Of a DNA stretch of 64,000 nucleotides, positions 29,599 to 38,938 are shown one piece after another. Every line of letters begins with the position of its first letter. Position 1 is the stretch's first letter. The notes beneath the pieces are model-generated. The model did not search any database, was not told the origin of the DNA, and saw only the letters and a program-made list of their open reading frames with translations. The DNA comes from an uncultured archaeon (GTDB lineage: Archaea; Asgardarchaeota; Lokiarchaeia; Sigyniarchaeales; SOKP01). The stretch covers positions 224,001 through 288,000 of the forward strand of contig CAZALK010000003.1 of assembly GCA_964486045.1 (NCBI GenBank), given 5' to 3'. The position numbers and the translations under genes are program-made.

Positions 29599-31080
29599 AT
29601 GACCGAAGATAAAACTGACGAAGAAAAGACCAAATATGAATATTCATTTGATTATATTCAGAGAAAACTCGAAGGAAAAAAAGACAGCTACGGACTATTA
29701 GTCAAGGATATCATTAGAACAGGAATTTGTACAGAATGTGGGACTTGCGCAGCAGTATGTCCAGTTTTAGAATGGGATCAAATTGCAGGGCAACCAAAGC
29801 TTATAGGAAAATGTAATGGATGTGGAATTTGTTATAACCAATGTCCTCGAACAATAACGGATCCTGTCCAGCTAATGGGAGAATTTAAAACTGGTTATGT
29901 TTCAAATACTAACATTCCTGAGATAATTGGAGCACAAGACGGTGGGACAGTAACATCTCTTTTATCTTATTTATTTGATGAACATCTTATTGATGCTGCA
30001 ATTGTAACAATGAAAGATCCCAATCATCCATGGAACCCAGCAGCACAAATCATAACTAATAAAACTGACTCGATAAGAGCTGCTGGTTCAATCTATACTC
30101 ATTCTCAAACAGTAGAAGCTTTAATGGAAGCTATTCGACAAGAATATCGATCAATAGCCTTTGTTGGCACTCCTTGTAATATTGATGCTGTTGATAAAAT
30201 GATAAATTCACCAGCGGGAATGTTGCGTTATTTTATGCGGGCAAATGTCTTTAAAATTGGCTTATTTTGTATGGATGCCTTTTCACCAGAAACACTTTAT
30301 GCAAAATTTGAGAAAGATGGAATCGATTTAACTAAAGTTGTGAAGATGGACATAAATAAGGGAAAATTTCATATATATTATGTAAATCAAGAAGAACCTG
30401 TAAAATCATACCCTATCGCTTCATTGCATAAGTTTAAATCACCAAGTTGTACTTTCTGTACAGATCTAACTGCGGAAAATGCTGATCTCTCAGTTGGATC
30501 AGTTGGAAGTGGGGCAAAGAAAAATACAGTTTTTGCAAGAACTGGGATTGGAGCTGAAATTTTAGAAGATGCCGCAAAAAAAGGTTATATTACAATTGAA
30601 CCATATAATGCAATTAATTTAAATGCAGTGTTAAATTTATGTAAACGAAAAAAGTCTGCTCAGTACAATATTCAGAAAAGAAAGGTATTTGTTGTAAGAG
30701 ACACTCTGGATGATGAGGACGAAGAAGAAGTATCTAACATCGAAACAATGCCCGAAGTTGAGAAACCAAAACCCCTAAAAGGTACCAGGAGAGCGATAAG
30801 CGTGACAAAAAAATTAAACGAAAAAAAGAAAACTTTAGATCTCACTATTACAAATACTGTAGGATTTGCATTAGATGATATAAAAATTAGGGTGGCTGCT
30901 GTCGACGAAATTTTTGAAACAAAACCATGGATAACTACGATAAAAGAAATGTTTCCATTTGAAACGATTGAAATTCCTTACCCACTAGAATCATTGGAAG
31001 GAAGTGTGTTAGTTGAGGCGACGTCTAAAACGTATGGAAAAATTTTCTCGCGGACATTGAAATATTCACCAGCAAAATAA
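29599..31080 (+). CDS. FrhB/FdhB-family protein with acidic linker and extra C-terminal beta-sandwich-like domain
   Basis: CTECGTCAAVCP, CNGCGICYNQCP, QDGGTVT, VGTPC, GLFCMD, CTFCTDLTAENADLSVGSVGS, then DDEDEEE and a ~95-aa tail. Confidence 0.9.
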   Translation: MTEDKTDEEKTKYEYSFDYIQRKLEGKKDSYGLLVKDIIRTGICTECGTCAAVCPVLEWDQIAGQPKLIGKCNGCGICYNQCPRTITDPVQLMGEFKTGYVSNTNIPEIIGAQDGGTVTSLLSYLFDEHLIDAAIVTMKDPNHPWNPAAQIITNKTDSIRAAGSIYTHSQTVEALMEAIRQEYRSIAFVGTPCNIDAVDKMINSPAGMLRYFMRANVFKIGLFCMDAFSPETLYAKFEKDGIDLTKVVKMDINKGKFHIYYVNQEEPVKSYPIASLHKFKSPSCTFCTDLTAENADLSVGSVGSGAKKNTVFARTGIGAEILEDAAKKGYITIEPYNAINLNAVLNLCKRKKSAQYNIQKRKVFVVRDTLDDEDEEEVSNIETMPEVEKPKPLKGTRRAISVTKKLNEKKKTLDLTITNTVGFALDDIKIRVAAVDEIFETKPWITTIKEMFPFETIEIPYPLESLEGSVLVEATSKTYGKIFSRTLKYSPAK

Positions 31081-31157
31081 ATTTGTCAAAATCCTTTTAT
31101 TAACAAGCACTATAATAAAGTATTAAATAATAAAAATTTTGAAGATGAAATTCAACA

Positions 31158-32066
31158 ATGAAAATTGCATTAATAGGATTGGCTGGTTGTGGTAAAACGA
31201 GCCTCTATTTGATAGGATTTACAGAAGCAACCCCAGAACAAACAAAATCATTATCTCCTACAATATTGTATGAGACTCGGCGCCATCCATTCTTAGGCTT
31301 AAATGTGGGCATCTGGGATATGGGTGGTCAAGAACAATACAGAAAGGATTATATGGAACACTCAGAACCCTTAAAAGGGACTGACATCCTTATTCCTGTA
31401 GTAGATTTACACGATCCTGATAATTTTGAAACGGCAAAAGAGTACTTTCTTGGGTTATTGGATATTTATCGAAAGAATAATGAGAAACCTAAGATCTTCC
31501 TCTTTTTACATAAATATGATACACAAGATTTTCAGAAAGAGCTTTTAGATACAAACGTAAAGAAAGCAAAAGAGATTTTTTTAGACCTTTTCAAAACATA
31601 CGATTTTGATTTTACTTTTACAAGTATATATGAACAAGATAAATTAGCTAAAGTATTCCGAAACCTTTTAATGACTTCATATACTGAATTGAAAAATAAT
31701 GTTGAAAGAGCTGATAAACAACTTGAAGAAATTAAAGCAAAGATCATTATTTCTGATATCTCTGGGAATGTACTTTCTCACAATATTGCTGGTGTAACTA
31801 GTGGTTTAACATTAAGAAGTGATCTTAGAGATTTTATTAATGCAAGTAATGTCATACGAGAAAATATTTTTATGAATGATTCAGCAAATTTTAAAGGTGA
31901 AGATGAAGATGGAAAGCAAATTGAATTGTATATTTTTAAATATATAATATCAGTATTAATAATGAAATCAGGAGAATTGGATGTGGAATCACAAGAAAAA
32001 TTAAATTCTTTACTAAAAGATATGAAGTTGTTTGCGGATTTGATTATTTCAGCTCACACAGATTAG
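31158..32066 (+). CDS. Rag/Gtr-like small GTPase with C-terminal roadblock-like domain
   Basis: GLAGCGKTS, LSPTI, FLGLNVGIWDMGGQ, FLHKYD, TSIY (compare RagA FLGNL..WDCGGQ, VHKMD, TSIW). Confidence 0.85.
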   Translation: MKIALIGLAGCGKTSLYLIGFTEATPEQTKSLSPTILYETRRHPFLGLNVGIWDMGGQEQYRKDYMEHSEPLKGTDILIPVVDLHDPDNFETAKEYFLGLLDIYRKNNEKPKIFLFLHKYDTQDFQKELLDTNVKKAKEIFLDLFKTYDFDFTFTSIYEQDKLAKVFRNLLMTSYTELKNNVERADKQLEEIKAKIIISDISGNVLSHNIAGVTSGLTLRSDLRDFINASNVIRENIFMNDSANFKGEDEDGKQIELYIFKYIISVLIMKSGELDVESQEKLNSLLKDMKLFADLIISAHTD

Positions 32067-32133
32067 GGTAAAAAAAATTTATTAAAATACCATTATAATA
32101 TAAAAATAATTTTTTAGCTTTAAAGGAATAAGT

Positions 32134-33348
32134 TTGACGTTGATAAAATTACAACTATCCACTTTAGAGAATAGTTCTACGGTTATAGGAGATAAATTAA
32201 ATATTAGAGCAAAATATATTTTTGAAGAAGATACATCTGTTTTATGGAGCGGTGTTCAATTAATAACAAATCCACCATGTGCCAAAGAACTTCAAATAGC
32301 AAAAGAAGAAATATTTTCAGAAGGAACTTTTGAAGCTGGAGAATATATCCGGGAAAAAAATCTATTAGTAAGTAGTAATGTTGTTCCAACTATAAAAAAT
32401 AGGAATATCAGTTATTTTGTAAACTTAATTTTAAGGCATCCAAATCATAATAAAACCGGTAAAGATTTAATCATTAATCAAACTCAAGCTATTGAGTTAA
32501 AAAAAAAAAAAAATCTTTCAACAAAATTACCCAATCCAATTTCTTTTTCATTATCAGGATTGAATATTTTACTTACTAAAGATATATTCAAACCTGGAGA
32601 GACGATTAAGATAAGTTTTTCTTCTGAAGTGCTTAAACAATTAGAGATACGATTATTACAAAACGCAAATCTTGTTTGTTTTTGTAACGCTTACGGTAAA
32701 GATTGTAGTTTAGTTGAGGAATTACCCCCTGCAATTGCTGGAGATGCAAAAACAACAGATATGGAAAGGGGATTTTTATTGTTAAATGTGCCGGAAATAG
32801 CTGAACCAAGTCATAATTATCTTTGGGAACCTATTGAAAAAGAACAATTTGGAGTAAGGTATGGAGATTATACTAAATGGTCTCTCCTAATTATGGGAAA
32901 AGAAAAGCCCGAATATGGTAAAGAGCCAATAAATTTTGAAATTCCAATTACAATTGTACCAAAACGTTTTATAGAAAAGAAGGGTGAAATTAACCTATTC
33001 TCAAAAGCAAATTCGAGTTCACATTCTTTATTTGATGGCTTATCCTCCAAATTTCAAAAAATATATAAAGTACTTTCATTAAATTCAGATTTAAATAATT
33101 ATAAGTTGAAAGTAAAAAATATTTCACACGCCGATCTCAATGGTGTAACGGTAAAAGTAGCGGGATTACATGAAGGTTTTTTTGAAACTGCCCCAAACCT
33201 AACTGGATTCAATTCATGGAAAATTAACGAGGAAAAAGAGATTATATATAAGACAAAACAAAAAATTTCAGCTGTAATTTCTGAAATCTCAGATAACACT
33301 CAAAAAAAAATTAAGATTCAAACCCCAATTTCCTCAAATTTTTTTTAA
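32134..33348 (+). CDS. Arrestin-fold protein (N and C domains) with additional C-terminal domain
   Basis: FEAGEY...VVPT...ISYFVNLILRHP (arrestin-N pattern); KDIFKPGETI...LEIRLLQ...LNVP...PS...WSL...FEIPITI (arrestin-C pattern). Confidence 0.7.
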   Translation: MTLIKLQLSTLENSSTVIGDKLNIRAKYIFEEDTSVLWSGVQLITNPPCAKELQIAKEEIFSEGTFEAGEYIREKNLLVSSNVVPTIKNRNISYFVNLILRHPNHNKTGKDLIINQTQAIELKKKKNLSTKLPNPISFSLSGLNILLTKDIFKPGETIKISFSSEVLKQLEIRLLQNANLVCFCNAYGKDCSLVEELPPAIAGDAKTTDMERGFLLLNVPEIAEPSHNYLWEPIEKEQFGVRYGDYTKWSLLIMGKEKPEYGKEPINFEIPITIVPKRFIEKKGEINLFSKANSSSHSLFDGLSSKFQKIYKVLSLNSDLNNYKLKVKNISHADLNGVTVKVAGLHEGFFETAPNLTGFNSWKINEEKEIIYKTKQKISAVISEISDNTQKKIKIQTPISSNFF

Positions 33349-33469
33349 GGATATAATCTTTTACAGACTTCCCGAACAAAATACTCGAAGAAGTAATAAA
33401 TCTTATTAGAATTTCTAAGTTATATCAAAATAATTATCTTATTTATATTCTCATGAAATGGTGGTGTAG

Positions 33470-34039
33470 ATGGTAAATAGATGTAGTTGGGCAAATTACA
33501 GTGATTTAATGAAAAAATATCATGATAAGGAGTGGTGCGCACCAGTTCATGATGATCAACTACTTTTTGAATTTCTGGTGTTAGAAGGGGCTCAAGCCGG
33601 TCTGAGTTGGAATACAATTTTGAAAAAACGCGAAAATTTTAGAAAAGCTTTTGATAATTTTGACTACAAGAAGATCTCGAGATACACAAATCAAAAAATT
33701 GATGAATTGCTTAATGATAAAGGTATTATAAGAAATAGACTAAAAATAGAATCTGTGATTACAAATGCTAAGGCGTTGCTAAAAATTCAAAAGGAATTTG
33801 GCTCTTTCAACACATATTTATGGAATTTTGTAAATAATAATACAGTAATGAACAATTTTAAAAAAATGGAAGATTTACCATCAAAAACGGACCAGTCAGA
33901 AGTAATTAGCAAAGATTTGAAGAAACGTGGTTTTAAATTTGTTGGACCAACAATTATTTATAGTTTTATGCAAGCTATTGGAATGGTAAATGACCATTTA
34001 GTCGATTGTTTTCGATATAATGAGATAAAAAAGATATAA
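33470..34039 (+). CDS. tag: DNA-3-methyladenine glycosylase I
   Basis: RCSW, YHDKEW, LEGAQAGLSW, IIRNRLKI, GFKFVGPT, NDHLVDC. Confidence 0.96.
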   Translation: MVNRCSWANYSDLMKKYHDKEWCAPVHDDQLLFEFLVLEGAQAGLSWNTILKKRENFRKAFDNFDYKKISRYTNQKIDELLNDKGIIRNRLKIESVITNAKALLKIQKEFGSFNTYLWNFVNNNTVMNNFKKMEDLPSKTDQSEVISKDLKKRGFKFVGPTIIYSFMQAIGMVNDHLVDCFRYNEIKKI

Positions 34040-34139
34040 TATCCTCCCTCGTATTCAGAATATTATCCGAGATTTACATTTTATTGAGAACTTAATAAAA
34101 AAGTTTTTATTCAATTTCATTTATATAATCAACATACAC

Positions 34140-34325
34140 ATGCGATGTGAGGGCTGTTTAAAGCAAGAGAATTTATTTATGTGTTTTTTTAATGATAGAA
34201 GTAAAGAAGTTTATTATTGCGCCAAATGTTTGGCAAAGTTACTAATCGAAGACCCTTTGCCGATTTACAATATGAGTAAACTTGGATATACATGGAAATC
34301 CACAGACATCGTTAAAAAGATTTAA
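34140..34325 (+). CDS. Small zinc-finger protein
   Basis: CEGC...YCAKC; promoter-like AAAAGTTTTTAT upstream. Confidence 0.6.
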   Translation: MRCEGCLKQENLFMCFFNDRSKEVYYCAKCLAKLLIEDPLPIYNMSKLGYTWKSTDIVKKI

Positions 34326-34346
34326 CTTTAACGAGATTAACATTTA

Positions 34347-34940
34347 TTAGTTGATAGTAGAAATCAATTTATGATCATAATATTTTTGCAAAACTAATTG
34401 TAACATATTTTCAAAACATTCTAAAATACCCTCACCGTTGATAGCAATGGTAGATCTTGTATTTATATTTTTATATTTATGAAAATCTATCGCTTTTAAG
34501 AATTTTGTTGAAATAAATTTCTCTGGGAGGTCTTGTTTATTAAAGGCAGCAGTAATTGGAAGGTCTTCAAGAGAATCACCAAAATATGAGATCAATTCAT
34601 TCCAGGAAATCAGATTTCGCTCATAAACCTTTTTTTGTGAATCTATTACGAAAATTATACCATCAACTGCTTTTAGAGTAATTGGTCGCGTAATTAAATA
34701 GAAACTCTGGCCTGTAGTAGTATATATACTTATTTTAAGAACCCAATCTTGATTTTGAAATGAAATAATACCATAATCAAAAAATAATGTTCGATTTACC
34801 GTGCTTTCAATACTCAGGATTTTCTCCTCTTTCCCAAAATGAGAAAACAATGTTTTAATGGAGGTAGTTTTACCTGATAGAGCAGGTCCAAAATAAACAA
34901 TTTTAATACTTATAGTTTTGTCAACATGATCTATTATCAA
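34347..34940 (-). CDS. MglA-like small GTPase
   Basis: KIVYFGPALSGKTT, RTLFFD, YTTTGQ, VDGIIFVIDS, NKQD. Confidence 0.88.
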   Translation of the reverse strand: MIIDHVDKTISIKIVYFGPALSGKTTSIKTLFSHFGKEEKILSIESTVNRTLFFDYGIISFQNQDWVLKISIYTTTGQSFYLITRPITLKAVDGIIFVIDSQKKVYERNLISWNELISYFGDSLEDLPITAAFNKQDLPEKFISTKFLKAIDFHKYKNINTRSTIAINGEGILECFENMLQLVLQKYYDHKLISTIN

Positions 34941-35053
34941 CTTAGGTACAACTCATTTCATTTTTACTGGTAAGTTAAAAAATAGCTTTTTAAAAACCAA
35001 GTTTTTTTAGGTATAATAAAAGAGAGAGAATATTCTTTCTATTGTAAAGATCT

Positions 35054-35446
35054 TTAATGATGACTAAAAATAAGTTTATTTTTTTCTATTTTACAAGATA
35101 AAAGATTCCTTAAAATTAGAATCTCAACCTCTCTCCTCAAAATCTCTTCACTAATGAGTAAATTTTCTTTTAATTTTAATTTATTACTTAGTTCTTCAAA
35201 AGAAATTGAATTATTTCCTGTTGGAATGTCCTTAATTATCTCAAGAATAACTTGTTGATGATGTGCAGATTTGCAATTGGAATCTAATTGATAGAGCTGA
35301 TGTACTAAATTGTAGTTAAAATCAGATTCACCATTTTTCTCTATTTCTTTTAAATTCTCTAAAATTGCATTAGCTTCTACATATTTTTCTAATCCTATTA
35401 GCTCCCTTGATTTATTCAACAATTTGATAAATTCTTTAAGATTCAT
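35054..35446 (-). CDS. Hypothetical protein, helical hairpin + winged helix (PCI-like)
   Basis: ISFEELSNKL...LRREVEILILRNLLSCKIE. Confidence 0.6.
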   Translation of the reverse strand: MNLKEFIKLLNKSRELIGLEKYVEANAILENLKEIEKNGESDFNYNLVHQLYQLDSNCKSAHHQQVILEIIKDIPTGNNSISFEELSNKLKLKENLLISEEILRREVEILILRNLLSCKIEKNKLIFSHH

Positions 35447-35538
35447 AGATATTCAAATAAAAGATCAATCTAATTTAATTTCTGCTTAAGAAGGTAAAAA
35501 AAATGAGTAAATAAAAAAATTTAATGTTTAGGCTTTCG

Positions 35539-35769
35539 TTAAAATGGAACACTGATGACTTCTTTAATTTCTGGTATGTGAGTTTTTAATGCTCTTTCAA
35601 TACCGAATTTTACTGTTTGTTGACTCATCGGACATCCAGCACAATGACCCATTAATCGAACCTTAACAGTTCCATCATCCTCGATCGAAACTAATTCAAC
35701 GTCGCCTCCGTCAAGTTGAAGTTGAGGTCGGATTTTTTCAATTACAGCTTTGACTTTTTCTTTATCCAA
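35539..35769 (-). CDS. NifU-C/Nfu-type Fe-S carrier
   Basis: IRPQLQLDGGDVELV...GHCAGCPMS. Confidence 0.93.
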   Translation of the reverse strand: MDKEKVKAVIEKIRPQLQLDGGDVELVSIEDDGTVKVRLMGHCAGCPMSQQTVKFGIERALKTHIPEIKEVISVPF

Positions 35770-36115
35770 AATTTTTTCACATAAAAAGGTTATATTCTTT
35801 AATAAAGATAAGGTAGTCTACATATTAAAGAGTTGTTTTTATATAATATTAACATTTATTGATAATCCTTTTACACCATAATAGGAAAAGTGGATTTTGT
35901 AATTAAAATTAGAAAAGGTTCAGTTTCGACGATAAGGATGGTTTTTTATATTAATATCTAAAATATAAAATTATGAAATTTTGATACTCAAGCTTAAAAA
36001 TACTTTTTTATAGGGAGATAAAAAACCTGTTCTTAGAATTTAGAAAATTGAAGTACTTTTTAATATCCTGCATAATTAATACCCTTAGACAAAAATATTT
36101 ATCATATAATTAACC

Positions 36116-36532
36116 ATGAGAAAGATCATACAGAATTTTAGAGACTTAGATCAGTTGATAGCGGAAGATAAGAAAGAAAAGTTATTTTCTTATCTGCAAA
36201 CTATAAAGAAGCTTGAGAAAGAAATTCCTGATATTTATGAGTTAATTGCTCAATACTTCATTGATAATGATAAGATTGAAAATTTTTTTGATAAATTGAA
36301 ATACTTCTTTTCAAAAAATATTGAAAATTATAACGAGAGGTTATATATCTTTGAATTACAGAATTTTTTGCTTAAAATTGTAAGAAATTACCAAAGAAAG
36401 ATTATAGTATTGGATTTAATTAAGGTATTGTCGAGAACAGGAATTTCAAATTTCTATGATTTGTTATATAATTTTGAAAGTAAGGTTTTCATTCCTCCGA
36501 AAAGACTCATTGATTTTATAGGGAGGGTTTAA
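36116..36532 (+). CDS. Hypothetical protein
   Basis: 138-codon ORF, very AT-rich. Confidence 0.55.
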   Translation: MRKIIQNFRDLDQLIAEDKKEKLFSYLQTIKKLEKEIPDIYELIAQYFIDNDKIENFFDKLKYFFSKNIENYNERLYIFELQNFLLKIVRNYQRKIIVLDLIKVLSRTGISNFYDLLYNFESKVFIPPKRLIDFIGRV

Positions 36533-36535
36533 ATT

Positions 36536-37072
36536 TTGGTAATAATTAATATTGAAGAAATTTCTGAATTTTATTTCAAGTTTGTGTTTGATCATCTTAG
36601 ATCACTCTATAATTCCATTATTCTTGGTTATTACTCTACTGATTTTACTTCATATCTTGATAAGTTAGCTGATTTTTTTGAATTATACTGGATTCTACTT
36701 AATGTAATACCCCATGAAATAGAATTTCGGATAGATCAGCATATAGGAAAATATTATGATAATGGTTATGAAGAGCTTTGGGATATTTATTCTGAACATG
36801 TTTTGAGAAATGATATTTTGTTAAAAATTAACAGCGATCACTTGGAGATTATTTTTAAAGATTATTGGGATGGAACTTATGAAGTTGAGGAAATAATCGC
36901 TTTTAATAACAGAAGTCCTAAATTTAAATTGAATTTAAAAAAAGTTTTAAACGATCAGGTTTATAGGAAAGATTGGTTTAAGAAACATATGAAAAGATAT
37001 TTAACTGAATCAGATTATGATATACTTGACAAAAAACTTTCAAGCTCGAATAAAGAAGTTAATTTTATATAA
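36536..37072 (+). CDS. Hypothetical protein
   Basis: 178-codon ORF with GGGAGG SD. Confidence 0.55.
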   Translation: MVIINIEEISEFYFKFVFDHLRSLYNSIILGYYSTDFTSYLDKLADFFELYWILLNVIPHEIEFRIDQHIGKYYDNGYEELWDIYSEHVLRNDILLKINSDHLEIIFKDYWDGTYEVEEIIAFNNRSPKFKLNLKKVLNDQVYRKDWFKKHMKRYLTESDYDILDKKLSSSNKEVNFI

Positions 37073-37208
37073 CTGAAGTGCATAGTTAGGAATTTCTCTT
37101 TAGTGATCTTTATAAATAACCTCTATTTTAAATTTTAGTTTAATCCATCAACAATATCAAAAATTTAAATCTTTGTCACGATTCTTATAGATTTATATCA
37201 TAAAAAGC

Positions 37209-37274
37209 AGCATCGAACGAGCTTTAAAAATCCACATTCCAGAGGTTAAAGGAGTCATTAGCGTTCCATTCTAA
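37209..37274 (+). pseudogene. Inverted, diverged copy of the last 21 codons of the nfu gene
   Basis: SIERALKIHIPEVKGVISVPF* versus GIERALKTHIPEIKEVISVPF*. Confidence 0.85.
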
Positions 37275-37331
37275 TATATAATTCTTTTTATTCTTCTTTT
37301 TTCTAACAAAAAAAAGAGCGGATGAGTCTAA

Positions 37332-37665
37332 CTAGGGAAACTCATCATTCAAGAAGAGATCATCGCCTATGTACACACTAGATTCATACAGATCTGCGGC
37401 GGGATTTAGACTAAAATTTAAACATCGTAACTTGTAGAGATTCTTGAGTCCTTTAACTTCAGTTATTTGATTATGCTTAACAATCAGATTTGTGAGGTTA
37501 TTGAGATTATCCAATCCTTTCATTTCAGATATCTGATTTTTCGATAAATTTAATTTCTGTTATATCTTTTAAATCTCTAACTTGTGCATCAGTTATAACA
37601 AGATTTGTGCCTAATAGTCCTGAGGTCTTAATTTTCTCTCCACGAACAACTACATAATCTATCAT
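37332..37665 (-). pseudogene. Internally deleted/frameshifted LRR protein
   Basis: MIDYVVVRGEK... shifts frame near 37555 into LNLSKNQISEMKGLDNLNNL LRR units. Confidence 0.65.
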
Positions 37666-37766
37666 GATATATCTCTAATCATGTATTATTATCTAACTAA
37701 AATTCCTCATTATATCTAGTGTATCTGATAATATGAGCAAATAGACATTTCAAGAAAATAAGAAAA

Positions 37767-37928
37767 TCAATCCATAAAAACATTTTTACATTTCGGACAT
37801 CCAACTAAATTGACACTCCTAACACGATCTTGACCAATTCTCTTAGATAGAGAAGACCCTTCTATTTCGATCCATTGATCGTCTTTTCCTTTTGGTTCAT
37901 AATCACAAGCAGGGCATATCAGTATCAA
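37767..37928 (-). CDS. 53-aa zinc-ribbon protein (not in track)
   Basis: (M)ILICPACDYEPKG...LVGCPKCKNVFMD. Confidence 0.65.
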   Translation of the reverse strand: MILICPACDYEPKGKDDQWIEIEGSSLSKRIGQDRVRSVNLVGCPKCKNVFMD

Positions 37929-37952
37929 TCACTTCTTTAAAAAAAATTTATC

Positions 37953-38345
37953 TTATTTGATTCTTATGTCTTCTATTTCTTCAATTACTTGTTCTGCTAT
38001 TAAAATACATTTATTGCAGAGCAATATATTCATTGATCTGTTTTTTAAATTGCTCAAATAATAATCGGCATCTCTTCTATAATCAAACAATTCTAATAAT
38101 TGATCAGCCATGTAATCCATGTTAATAGATTTTAAAAGATCTCTAACTTTCTTATGTTGACCCTCACTTCCAAATTTTTTTCCCCCTCTCTCTAATCTTG
38201 TTCGGGTTAATAGAAAAGCAGAATAATAAGCTCTTCCTACTGAAGTCCTAAATTTTCCTTTTTCATCTAAATCATTGATAAGCAATAATTTCTTAGCAAT
38301 ATTTAAGAATTCATAAGGATCAAAACTATTATTCAAGGATTTCAC
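37953..38345 (-). CDS. HEPN-domain protein
   Basis: RTSVGRAYYSAF, H..V, YRRDADY. Confidence 0.85.
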   Translation of the reverse strand: MKSLNNSFDPYEFLNIAKKLLLINDLDEKGKFRTSVGRAYYSAFLLTRTRLERGGKKFGSEGQHKKVRDLLKSINMDYMADQLLELFDYRRDADYYLSNLKNRSMNILLCNKCILIAEQVIEEIEDIRIK

Positions 38346-38921
38346 CTATGTTAAATCAAGTTTTATGTAAAATATATTGTTATAATTAATAAAATCTTTA
38401 ACTAATTCTTTAGAACCCATATAATCTTCTGTTAATTGTAATCCTTTTCTTACAAAAGAAGAAAGATTTTTCCATAATTTTAACTCCTCTTCAAAAGAAA
38501 TATTGTAAAACTTGATGAGAAGAATTATATTCCTTAATTCTTCAATTTCCCAATCTTGTTGGAAGCTTATTTTAGCATTAAATGCTAATCCATATTCTTC
38601 TTTAAATAAATAAAGAGTATTTTCTATTTCGGTAATATACTTCCGAAATGAAGTGTTTTCAAACATTTCCTCTTTTATATCCTTATCAAAGGAGATTTTT
38701 AGAGTATTTTTTAAAATTATAGGAATATCAATGTCAGGAAATTCATTAAATTCGCCAAATAGGAGTATTTGAGATGAAGAATCATCTTCTTCTAATATTG
38801 GAACATTTATAGAGCTGTTTGCTGAGAGATCATACTTTTCATATATAGATGATTTATTTAATAACCTCTCTTTAACTGTTTCGCCTACGTAAGTACCTTG
38901 ATAACTTGTCTCATTACTCAT
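38346..38921 (-). CDS. Hypothetical protein abutting HEPN gene (candidate antitoxin)
   Basis: Acidic ORF whose stop directly abuts the HEPN start. Confidence 0.6.
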   Translation of the reverse strand: MSNETSYQGTYVGETVKERLLNKSSIYEKYDLSANSSINVPILEEDDSSSQILLFGEFNEFPDIDIPIILKNTLKISFDKDIKEEMFENTSFRKYITEIENTLYLFKEEYGLAFNAKISFQQDWEIEELRNIILLIKFYNISFEEELKLWKNLSSFVRKGLQLTEDYMGSKELVKDFINYNNIFYIKLDLT

Positions 38922-38938
38922 ATTTTTAATTTGAAATA

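Noticed and set aside
36116-37072. Read-through fusion of two same-frame ORFs
   Set aside because: The stop is TAA and the second ORF has its own GGGAGG SD.
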